From NCBI GenBank assembly GCA_013239625.1, contig MU054212.1, positions 5,926,270-5,990,269 on the forward strand: DNA of 64,000 nt. The letters are read 5' to 3'. Positions 1-10,264 of the stretch are shown here, piece by piece. Numbering within the stretch: the stretch's first letter is position 1; each line of letters opens with the position of its first letter. Under the pieces are notes generated by a model. The model saw nothing but the letters and a program-made list of their open reading frames with translations, did not search any database and was not told the origin of the DNA. This DNA comes from Lama guanicoe (Eukaryota). A program made the position numbers and the translations under genes.

Positions 1-195
1 CCAGGCACTGTTTTCTATATTAAACCTATTTAATCTTCATAAACAGCCCATAGGGGTCAGTCCTGTTATTACCCCCATTTTACAGGGGAAGACAGTGAGG
101 CACAGGGAATCTCGGTAACTTGTCAAGGTCACAGGGCTAGTGAAGGGAGGAGCAGTGATGTTTACCAGCCAAGCCCAGACTGGGTTTAGTCTCAG
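1..195 (-). mobile_element. MIR SINE
   Basis: cccattttacaggggaagacagtgaggcacagg...taacttgtcaaggtcacag is the MIR core. Confidence 0.8.
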
Positions 196-2503
196 GTGGG
201 CCTCAGCTTCCTTCCCATGAGAAGCCCAAGGAAAAATCGTCACCATCATCAAGCCGCCTTGGGATCCCTGGTTCACATTCTGTTGCTCTGCTTATGAGGC
301 TGTGGGAACCTCAGAGTTATCCACGGGCCCAGTCTCCCTACCTCTTCCTTGCCTGTGATTCCTTACATCATTTCAAACAGATGGCTGCCATGGAAATAGA
401 ATCCAGACGTGCTGGTCAGAGTTAAAGATCAACTAATTGCTTCAAAAATAGCTCGGCGTGAAAAGGAGCCATTCTCTCTGGCTTAGTCACGGATGAGACT
501 TTCAGTTGCCAGAAAATGGTTCTTTCAGTAGACAGGGTTGCCAGGGAAACTGTAGGGCCCTGTTTGACTTCTGGGGCCCTCAGGTCACCATGGGAGCACT
601 GTCGACTGAGAAGCATGTCTCTGGCTACTTCTCAGCTGGGCAGCAAGACACGGAGCCCCCATCCTAGGTGGGTGAAGGGTCTAGATGGTGCCCAGCACAA
701 GATCTGCACCCCTAGACTCCCAGGTCTGGAGCACCATCAGAGCAGCCTCCCCATGGTCCTTGTCCGCCCTGGTCTCCGCCTGATGAGACCATCTGAGAAG
801 ATCCAGGGCTGTCCTGCCCATGATGTGCTATTCCTATGATTAGATGTTAGCTTCCTTGTCTGCCCTTCCCTCTTTTAATATTCATTCAACAAACATTTAA
901 AAAATAAAAACCTTCTATGTGTTGAGCACTCTGCTAGAAGCTAGAGATTCAGAGGTGAAAACACATCCCTGCCCTCGGAATGGAGGGGAAGGGGCTGAAG
1001 GAAGACCCAGGAGGCAGGACCGAGAGCCCGACTTGGAGCCTGAGAGGACAGGGGGAATGACAGCGAGCACCAGCCGTCAGGCACGAATCCCAGCGTGGTG
1101 GGTTCAGCCATGAGTTCCTTTCCTGCCAGCTTCTTCCGATGAGAACCTTCCAGAACATCTCTACCCTTCAGCTCTGGTCTACTCCTCCTCGGCTGATGAC
1201 CCAGGTGACCAAATTAGACAACAGTTAGGAGATTTCCTTTGGAACTATTAGTCCTCCTCACTTCATGGATTTTGGGGCACAGATGATGCCATTTACCATT
1301 TTTAGGAAAGAAACAAATGAGGCTGGAGGCCCATGTCACTACAAGAGATAAGAAATTTTCCTGAATTGCTTCCAGAAACTGACCTTTAAGATATGCCCCT
1401 TCTGCTTCAGAGAGATTCTTAAGTGATTCTCACCTCCTCTTGCCCTAATGCTATTTTTGTTCTTCACGTGGTTCAGCCAGATTTTTTTCTCACGTGTCCT
1501 CAAGTAATCAAGGTTTCCTTTTCCCATGTTTAAAAAAAAAGTACTTATCCGGGGGTGTTCAAAGCTCAACCTAGGGCTTGTATACAGAATAAGTGAAAGT
1601 AAACACCTCACTGCTCTCCATCTCTCTCCTGAACCAAATTTATCTCTTCTTGCCTCACTCCGGGCACCTAGACTATCCCAGCCCCTGAATGTCAGGAGCT
1701 CTACTGAGTTTGCCTAAAGTGTGTGAGTAGCCGGAACAACACTTCGATAGACAGTTTGCCCAACTGCAAAACATGGGCTCCGACACATGTGTGTAATTCA
1801 AAACTCCAGCACGATCTTCCACACCCTGCTTGTATTGTAAATAGAACCCAGTAAGGCTTTTATTCCGAATTTCATTGCTTCTTAGATACACAAAAATATA
1901 CTTCTTCATGTTAGAAAATGCAAAGGAATAGTGGCAGAAAGATCTCCGGGTTTGGAGACAGGAGCCTTAACTGCAAGTCTGGCTCTGTCACTGCCTACAC
2001 GTGGGTTAGACTCAGAGGTCTGGTTTGTTCATCTGTAAAATGGGCTCCCTTCTGGCTATAAAATCCCAGGTCTCTAAATCTGTAGCGGGGTTGGTTGCCA
2101 CCATTCTTCGCCTCTGGGCACTGAATGCCAGTTTCTACATTCTCTCTGCCCTTTTCCAAAACCTGCAAAATGGACACGAGTATTTAGGATCTCTGTCATT
2201 TTCCTCGGTCAGGCTAAAGCCACCCTGATCTTTAGTGTAAATTTGCAAAGAAAAAAAAGAAGAAGAGAGAGAGAGGCCTGATTCTACAGATGGGAGTGAA
2301 GAATCTTGTTGAAAGGGCTGCATGAGGCTCCAACGGCTTCGCTTGCCAGTGTATTTGGATTTTTGCCTTTTGTTCACACTGTTTCAGAAAACAAACAAGA
2401 AAATAAAAATGATTCCTTTGGCACCAGACTTGCAGCGGGCTCTCCGGCCGGGGCTCACGTGCTGGGCTGTGTGAGAAACGGTGCTCTGTGTGTTCTGTCC
2501 CAG

Positions 2504-2611
2504 GTGGTGTTCACGGCCAACGACTCGGGGCCCCGGCACTACACCATCGCCGCGCTGCTCAGCCCCTACTCCTACTCCACCACCGCCCTGGTCAGCGGCC
2601 CCAAGGAGTGA
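2504..2611 (+). CDS. TTR: Transthyretin, last coding exon (exon 4)
   Basis: After pyrimidine-rich acceptor tgttctgtcccag (AG 2502-2503), translates as [35 protein letters not shown], the TTR C-terminus. Upstream exons lie before the window. Confidence 0.98.
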   Translation: MVFTANDSGPRHYTIAALLSPYSYSTTALVSGPKE

Positions 2612-2760
2612 GGGGCGCCTCCTCCCGCGGATCCAAAGGACGAGGGACAGGATTTCGTGCAACCGATAGTATTGCATTTTTATTAAAGCCGTGTTTTCAC
2701 TTCCTAAACTATGTTAGAAACTCGGGCAGAGACAATAAAAACGTTCTTATTAAAGCATTT
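2612..2760 (+). other. TTR: TTR 3' UTR with poly(A) signal AATAAA at 2734-2739
   Basis: Follows the TGA; gacAATAAAacg at 2731-2742. The cleavage site is approximate. Confidence 0.85.
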
Positions 2761-2954
2761 CCCATTTCATTGGAACCTTCCTCTTTTATTCCCTGGTTGT
2801 CCTCTCCAAAAAAAAAAAAAATTCAAATTTTACAGAGAAGCAAAGGAAGTCCAAAAAGTCCCTGGCTGGACTCTCAGGGAAATCTAAATTTCCAATGTCT
2901 TTCAAGCTAAGCATGCATTCCACGTGGTCCGTAGCCATTAAAAACACACATTCT

Positions 2955-3105
2955 GGGGGGGAGGGTGTAGCTCAGTGGTAGAGCCACTGCTTAGCATGCA
3001 TGAGGTCCTGGGTTCAATCCCCGGTACCTCCATTTAATAAATAAAATAAGTAAACCTAATGACCTCCCCCCCAAAAAACAAACAAAAAGATAGGGTGCTT
3101 TAAAA
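2955..3105 (+). mobile_element. tRNA-derived SINE (camelid Vic-1-like)
   Basis: A box tagctcagtgg 2968-2978, B box ggttcaatcc 3011-3020, A-rich tail. 15-bp TSD aaaaacacacattct at 2940-2954 and 3106-3120. Confidence 0.92.
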
Positions 3106-3561
3106 AAAAACACACATTCTGAAAATAAGAAAGTTTTTTTCCCTCTAAATCTGAGCAGAGCAAAAATTCCAAGGACCTTCTTCCTCATTCTGTGTGTTTC
3201 CTTTCAGTGCTTTACAGACTGTGGGAGCAGTATGTCTCCACCAGGACAGACCAGCGGGGACTCAGGCCCTCTAATCCGGTTCAGAACAACTGCACCCCAC
3301 AGTCAGCTGACTAAGGGGTGTAATCAGAGAGCCTGCACACCCCGAATTCACTTAGACGAACCCAAAATTCATTCAGAGAAGGACGCAGCGTAAACAGCAC
3401 TTACTTGACATTTGACTGTCAGCGGTTTATCAGGTAGAAAAGGAGGAGGTATTGTAGGCAGACAGTGTAGACTGCAAGGGGAGGCCGGGTGAAACAGCAT
3501 GATGAGTTGAGGGAAGAGATGGTGGTTCAGAATGTTGGCTCGTAGTGGGTATCATGGTGGA

Positions 3562-3955
3562 CCGGGTTGTACTGCTACAACAAACACCCCCAAATCTCGG
3601 TGCCTTCACACAAAGTTGAGTTGTCCCTTGTGCCAAGTCCAATGCAGAAGTTCTGGTCTGGTGACTCTCAAGGTGGCTTTCCTCCCAATGGTGACTCAGG
3701 GCCCCAGTTTGATTTCTTTTCTGGCTTCAAGGAACACCTAGTTAGCAGACTGGAGGAAGAAAGTATGATATTGGCCCCCTTTGTGCTGAAGTGTGACATG
3801 ATTCCCACAGACGTTTCATGGGCTACAACTAGTCACATGGCCCCATGCACGTGCACTGAGCAGTGTGGTTCCTGGCTGGGAGGCATTTCCCAGGACAACT
3901 CTACATCCTGGAAAAAAGCGCTAATCTGTGTTGGTCAGCAACCATCTCGGTCACA
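3562..3955 (-). mobile_element. Old MaLR (MLT1-type) LTR
   Basis: acaacaaacacccccaaatctcggtgccttcacacaa and actagtcacatggcccca resemble MLT1 LTR motifs. Confidence 0.55.
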
Positions 3956-4472
3956 GGAAGGTTGGGAGTGGTGGGAAATGAGGCTGGAGTGGAGGCTCGC
4001 TTTACCTGCCACTTGTCGGAGATGTGAATTTATCTTCTAGACAATATGGATTCACTGATGGGAGCCTTGCCATCAACCACCCTCCGTGTCATTACTTCTT
4101 GTGCCTAGTCTCCAATGAGGATTCTCCAGGAACCCCTCTGCTAGACCCAAGGATTAAGCCTAAACACACCTAATCAGTCTTTGCATTTTCCTCCAGATTC
4201 AAATCTACCTAACATTTCAGATTCAAAACACGTAACAATGAAGAGCAAAGGAGGAAACGATCATTTCAGTGGAAGCTGCGTGGACAGAGGACTGTCAGGC
4301 ACTGGGCAAGTTCTACTTTATGCCAAGATGCTAAGTAGCTTCCAAAAGGCAATGGAATTCAGAAAGGAAAAAGAAGCCTGAGCATTAAACTGAAAGTCAA
4401 ACTGAGTTAGTTGATTTCAACGGACAAGTTTAAGTTCACTGATACCAAGAGAAAGTTACATTACATTCAATA

Positions 4473-4561
4473 CTATATATATATATGTATAAAATGTGTG
4501 TGTATGTGTGTGTATGTATGTGTGTGTGTGTGTGTATATATAGATATATATATATATATAT
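4473..4561. repeat. Compound (TA)n/(TG)n microsatellite; second copy at ~6304-6386
   Basis: Directly visible. Confidence 0.9.
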
Positions 4562-4676
4562 GATTCAGATTTTCAAACTGCTTGGATTATAAAAATCCAA
4601 AGCTATTCAACAACAGCCAAACGGAAAGTCGTGTTCTATGAGCAGGCAAGTCAGTGAGGAATACGATCATTGTAGG

Positions 4677-4758
4677 TATTAGACTGAATCCTATGAAATT
4701 GTTAATATTTGACCAATTAATCTACAAAAATGGCAATTTGATATGGATTAACCTAATA
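4677..4758. mobile_element. MADE2-like mariner MITE (~80 bp)
   Basis: Imperfect terminal inverted repeats tattagactgaatcctatgaaattg and caatttgatatggattaacctaata, with TA ends. Confidence 0.75.
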
Positions 4759-4914
4759 TATACGGAAGAAGGACTTGCTGACCTCACTGAACAGAATCAG
4801 AGGAGATGATTTTAACTACATGTATTTGTGGGAAAACTCGGTACATATTACATAGTCCAAACCTACATTTTGCTCTCTTCGAATTTTTCACTCCCTCTAC
4901 ACAGCCAGTTAGAG

Positions 4915-5140
4915 CTTGGCAAGAGGCAGAGAGTGGAGTGATGTGACTACAAGCCAAGAATACCAAGGATTGACATCCATCAACAGAAAAACTCTCTCTT
5001 GCAAGTTTCAGAAGGAGTATGACCCTGCTGATACCTCAGTTTTGGACTTCTAACCTCCAGAACCGTGAGACAATAGATTTCAGTTATTTCAAGCCACTGG
5101 ATTTAGGGTACCTTGTTACTGCACCCCTGGGAAACTAATA
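4915..5140 (+). mobile_element. MLT1 LTR 3' part; duplicate at ~6587-6812
   Basis: ccctgctgatacc...ttttggacttctaacctccagaaccgtgagacaata...ttgttactgcacccctgggaaactaata is typical of MLT1. Confidence 0.8.
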
Positions 5141-6349
5141 TAGCCCCCTATGGGATCCTTCTAAGTTTTATCCTGCATTTGTATTCACTGAAATTCTTTC
5201 CATTCTGAAGGTTGAAATTGACATTCAATATTTATTTCTATTTCTTTTTTCACTTAGTGATGCTGAACATATTGTCTTATATTTAAGCCAGTTGAACCTC
5301 TTTTGTGAACTGCATGTCCACATCATTTAGCCATATTATACAGTGGGTCGGTTTATTTAATATGGATTTATAAAAGCTGTGTATATTCAACATATTACGA
5401 GTTGTATTTGAAAAGTAGATGTGACCGATAGAGAAACAGTTGTCTAAGTTGTAGAAAACCGAACCAAGTCCAATGCAGAAGTTCTGGTCTGGTGACTCTC
5501 AAGGTGGCTTTCCTCCCAATGGTGACTCAGGGCCCCAGTCTGATTTCTTTTATGGCTTCAAGGAACACCTAGTTAGCAGACTGGAGGAAGAAAGTATGAT
5601 ATTGGCCCCCTTTGTGCTGAAGTGTGACATGATTCCCACAGACGTTTCATGGGCTACAACTAGTCACATGGCCCCATGCACGTGCACTGAGCAGTGTGGT
5701 TCCTGGCTGGGAGGCATTTCCCAGGACAACTCTACATCCTGGAAAAAAGCGCTAATCTGTGTTGGTCAGCAACCATCTCGGTCACAGGAAGGTTGGGAGT
5801 GGTGGGAAATGAGGCTGGAGTGGAGGCTCGCTTTACCTGCCACTTGTCGGAGATGTGAATTTATCTTCTAGACAATATGGATTCACTGATGGGAGCCTTG
5901 CCATCAACCACCCTCCGTGTCATTACTTCTTGTGCCTAGTCTCCAATGAGGATTCTCCAGGAACCCCTCTGCTAGACCCAAGGATTAAGCCTAAACACAC
6001 CTAATCAGTCTTTGCATTTTCCTCCAGATTCAAATCTACCTAACATTTCAGATTCAAAACACGTAACAATGAAGAGCAAAGGAGGAAACGATCATTTCAG
6101 TGGAAGCTGCGTGGACAGAGGACTGTCAGGCACTGGGCAAGTTCTACTTTATGCCAAGATGCTAAGTAGCTTCCAAAAGGCAATGGAATTCAGAAAGGAA
6201 AAAGAAGGCTGAGCATTAAACTGAAAGTCAAACTGAGTTAGTTGATTTCAACGGACAAGTTTAAGTTCACTGATACCAAGAGAAAGTTACATTACATTCA
6301 ATACTATATATATATATGTATAAAATGTGTGTGTATGTGTGTGTATGTA

Positions 6350-6386
<37 letters not shown>

Positions 6387-7829
6387 TTAAATTTTTCAGA
6401 TTTTCAAACTGCTTGGATTATAAAGATATAAAGCTATTCAACAACAGAGCTGACCTCACTGAACAGAATCAGAGGAGATGATTTTAACTACATGTATTTG
6501 TGGGAAAACTCGGTACATATTACATAGTCCAAACCTACATTTTGCTCTCTTCGAATTTTTCACTCCCTCTACACAGCCAGTTAGAGCTTGGCAAGAGGCA
6601 GAGAGTGGAGTGATGTGACTACAAGCCAAGAATACCAAGGATTGACATCCATCAACAGAAAAACTCTCTCTTGCAAGTTTCAGAAGGAGTATGACCCTGC
6701 TGATACCTCAGTTTTGGACTTCTAACCTCCAGAACCGTGAGACAATAGATTTCAGTTATTTCAAGCCACTGGATTTAGGGTACCTTGTTACTGCACCCCT
6801 GGGAAACTAATATAGCCCCCTATGAGATCCTTCTAAGTTTTATCCTGCATTTGTATTCACTGAAATTCTTTCCATTCTGAAGGTTGAAATTGACATTCAA
6901 TATTTATTTCTATTTCTTTTTTCACTTAGTGATGCTGAACATATTGTCTTATATTTAAGCCAGTTGAACCTCTTTTGTGAACTGCATGTCCACATCATTT
7001 AGCCATATTATACAGTGGGTCGGTTTATTTAATATGGATTTATAAAAGCTGTGTATATTCAACATATTACGAGTTGTATTTGAAAAGTAGATGTGACCGA
7101 TAGAGAAACAGTTGTCTAAGTTGTAGAAAACCACATCAGCCAAGGTACCTTGGTGGAAGTCCATGTGATTATTGCAAGGAGCATGAGGGTAACTGGGTTG
7201 TCAGACACACGGTTAAGAAATCATGGGGGGAAAGGCGGATGGGTAGGTCAGGTGAAGGTGATAGAATCACTGAATGCTACGTTTGGGAGGCTTTTTTGGA
7301 GATAAGTAAGCTGAGATACAGAAAGTTAAGTAATTCCCCCAAAACCATGCAGGAAGCTTTTGTACGCTCTGAAAGGCAGAGAGACAGATCTGCCACAGTA
7401 TTCCGTAGGTTCCCAATTAGTTTAGACAGCGAGAAACTGCTCCCCCAATGACCTTGACCCCCTTGGAGAGTACTGATCAGTTATTTTGTGGAATTACCCT
7501 CAATTTGGACTCACCTGACACTATCTCATAATCGGAATGAGATTACGTGTTTTGGGTAAGAATACTACAAATGTGACTTCCTGTCCTTCTGAGGGCATTA
7601 TACCCAGGAGTTGATGCTATCAATGTCATATTCTGTGCCCCATTTGTGATAAACAGAACGTCTCATGCGGTGAGCTGGTGGGCGGGCCGTGGTAGGGAGG
7701 CAATCTCATGGCAGCGCGAAAGGGAAATCAGAGAGAAAAAACCCTGGAACCCAGAAAAACACCTGTGATGCAGCTGTAGCTTTGTAGGCTCGTGATAAGA
7801 ACAGGATTCAACCGGAAATGGAGAGAAAG

Positions 7830-8310
7830 GAGTGGTGTCAACACGCTCCAGCGCAGATCCACCAGGAACACATCTGTGTAGTTGAACCAGTTGGACTTAT
7901 TACACATCCCAGCAGGAGAGAACACACAACACTCTCACTAAGAGTATCAGAGAGAAACTACTGTAGGATTTGGGCTTTGGCTGGGTGATCTTGGGGAGAG
8001 TCTAAGAAAGTGGGACCTCACTCTACATTGGATGGCATCAGAAAGGGGGCAGTTCTATGACTGAGCGTCTCAATAGTTTAGCTGCAGGGGAAGACAGACC
8101 AGAGAAGACATAAAGCTGTAATTCGTAAAGCAGAAACTTAGTGAAAAGAGAGGTTAGGGATTTTGTGGGTTTCACAGTGACTTTTTTTCTTCCTTTGTCA
8201 TGGTCTTAGAGTGACGTTGGTGTCTGTGAGACTGTGGTATCCAACAGAACAACGACCCAAAGTATCTTGTAATATAACATTGAGGCCAGTTTCCAGATTG
8301 CAGGAGCTGT
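7830..8310 (-). mobile_element. Ancient ERV LTR fragment (family uncertain)
   Basis: tgtgtagttgaaccagttggacttatt...ggatttgggctttgg...gggggcagttctatgact resembles an antisense old LTR, from memory only. Confidence 0.4.
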
Positions 8311-9898
8311 TTCCCCACCCTTTTCCTCAATGTCTCTAGAGCTACTTAGAATAGAAAATCAGCAAGTAGTGGTGATGGCTTTGCTTTGTAAGGGGAGAGA
8401 ATTGGAGGAGCCTGTGAAGTCTTAGGCCAGCAGACTGCACGGATGAGCCAGTAACTGAGCTCAGGGTTATGGGCAGAAGGGCAGATCTGTAGTCAGCGAT
8501 GATGTGTTCAGCTTTAGCCACGCTGAGTTTGAAGTAATCAAGCCAGTTTTCAATCTCATCCCTTGGAAGCTGGCAGTGTGTGTACACATATAGGCGGAAA
8601 ACAAAACTCACTAATATTACAATGTCTCCTGAAACATCTGGATAGCACCTGCCAAAAAGGCAATTGAAGGTATGTATTCCTTAACCTGCATTTTGTTCAC
8701 AGAGGTATCATTGATAAGAATTTTTATTTCTCACCCAAACCCTCAATATTACTACCATTCCTTCCTTTTACTTCTTGGCTCATAGAACAAACCCCTCCCT
8801 TCACCCCACGACTTCTCACTGCCTTTCAAAATGGAAATAAGCTCCGAATCAATTCCATTTTCCTAGCTCCCCATCCTCTGTGGGTTAGAACAGCCCCAGT
8901 TAATTTAAAGCCGAGGCAGATGGTAATTCATCTTTGGCAATCAATGCAAATGCTCAAGGTCTGTTCCGGAACCACTGCCGGCTAGCAAGGAGAGAGGGGT
9001 GAAACGCAGCCTGCTTAAATAAACACCTGAGATGTGGAGCTTCCCCCAGAGCGTAGCTGCCACTGCTGTCACTGTCACTAACATCACTCCCCAGGAGGCT
9101 GAAGGTTGGGAAACTGGGCATAAGGCATGAATGCAACAGTGGACTTAGGGAGAAAAGATGGAGGCTGCCATGCAAGCCTCGGGAGCCGCCCAGACGAGGG
9201 CTCGTGCTGAGCTGAATGAACACGACTCAACAGCCCTCCTTGGGAAAAGTGCACTGGGAAGACAATTCGGAATATATTTCCCAGTCTGTGGAGGGCAGCG
9301 CCTAGCACATAGACAGTGCTCCATAAATATTTACCAAAGGCATGAATAAAAAGCTTGGCTCCAGGAAGGCAGGTCGTTCTCATCTGAGCCCTTCCAAGTC
9401 GCTGGGGCTGTACCAGGCTGTTTCTCCCTCTCATGGAGACATGGGAGGGATGGCACCGTGAAACGGACCAATTTGTCAGGAACCTCTAAAAGACTCCCAG
9501 CTCCTGGGAGTAACCGCGTTCAAATGTTCAGTGTCAGGGTCTGCATCCTTGGATTGCTTTCAAGAACTTAGCCACTGAGAATGTCACATAAAATCAGTCT
9601 ATTTAAAACGTCCTACTGCCTCAGGCCAGGGCCAAAAGAACAAAAGGTTTCCTTCATTCAAAACTGCAGCTAAAGCCTATGACTCTGAAGCCTTGCCAGT
9701 TCTGCTTATTAAAAAATGTTTTCGCACTTTAATAGATATATCATTACATCACATAATTGCTTTATTTTTTTCTTTGATTTCTAAGGATGAATATTTCTCC
9801 TGTATTTATTTTTTCAAATATATTGTCTATCATAGACATGTTTTTAAAGTATGTCTAATAGCCTAAAAGTCTGTGAATTATTAATTCATATAGGCATG

Positions 9899-10264
9899 TG
9901 TATTGGTTTCCTCTTGGCACTGTAACAAATACCACAAATTCAGTGGCTTAAAACAACCCAAATTTATTCTCTTACACTTCTGGAGGTGAGAAGCCTAAAA
10001 TCAAGGTGTTGGCATGGGTGCGTTCCTTCTGGATATTTGGCCTCTAGAAGTGGTTTCCTTGCCTTTTGAAGCTTCTGGAGTCCACTTACATCCGTGGCTC
10101 ATGGCCCCTTGTTATAAGGACCCTTGTGATTACACTGGGTCAAAGAACCCAGGAAAATGTCTCCATCAAGAGCCTTAATTTAATCACATCTGCAAGGTTC
10201 CTTGCACAGGTTCTGGGAATTAGCAATGTGGACATCTTCAGGTAGCCATTTTTCAGTCCATGAC
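9899..10264 (-). mobile_element. MLT1 (B/C-like) LTR
   Basis: ctgtaacaaataccacaaattcagtggcttaaaacaac...ttctggaggtgagaagcctaaaatcaaggtgttggca. Confidence 0.8.

Larger units (their letters stand above)
3633..7132. repeat. Tandem segmental duplication: copy 1 3633-5460, copy 2 5464-7132
   Basis: Directly visible near-identical sequence. Duplicate ORFs in the track sit at offsets 1831 (before an internal indel) and 1672 (after it). Confidence 0.97.

Noticed and set aside
2955..3030. tRNA-like gene (also at 18640-18715 and 62560-62635)
   Set aside because: It has an A-rich tail and TSDs and occurs as diverged copies, so it is a SINE rather than a tRNA gene.
3567..4040. 157-aa ORF and its 132-aa twin at 5473-5871, suggesting a duplicated small gene
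   Set aside because: It lies over an old MLT1-like LTR, has no recognisable domain or splice context, and the twin exists only because of the tandem duplication.
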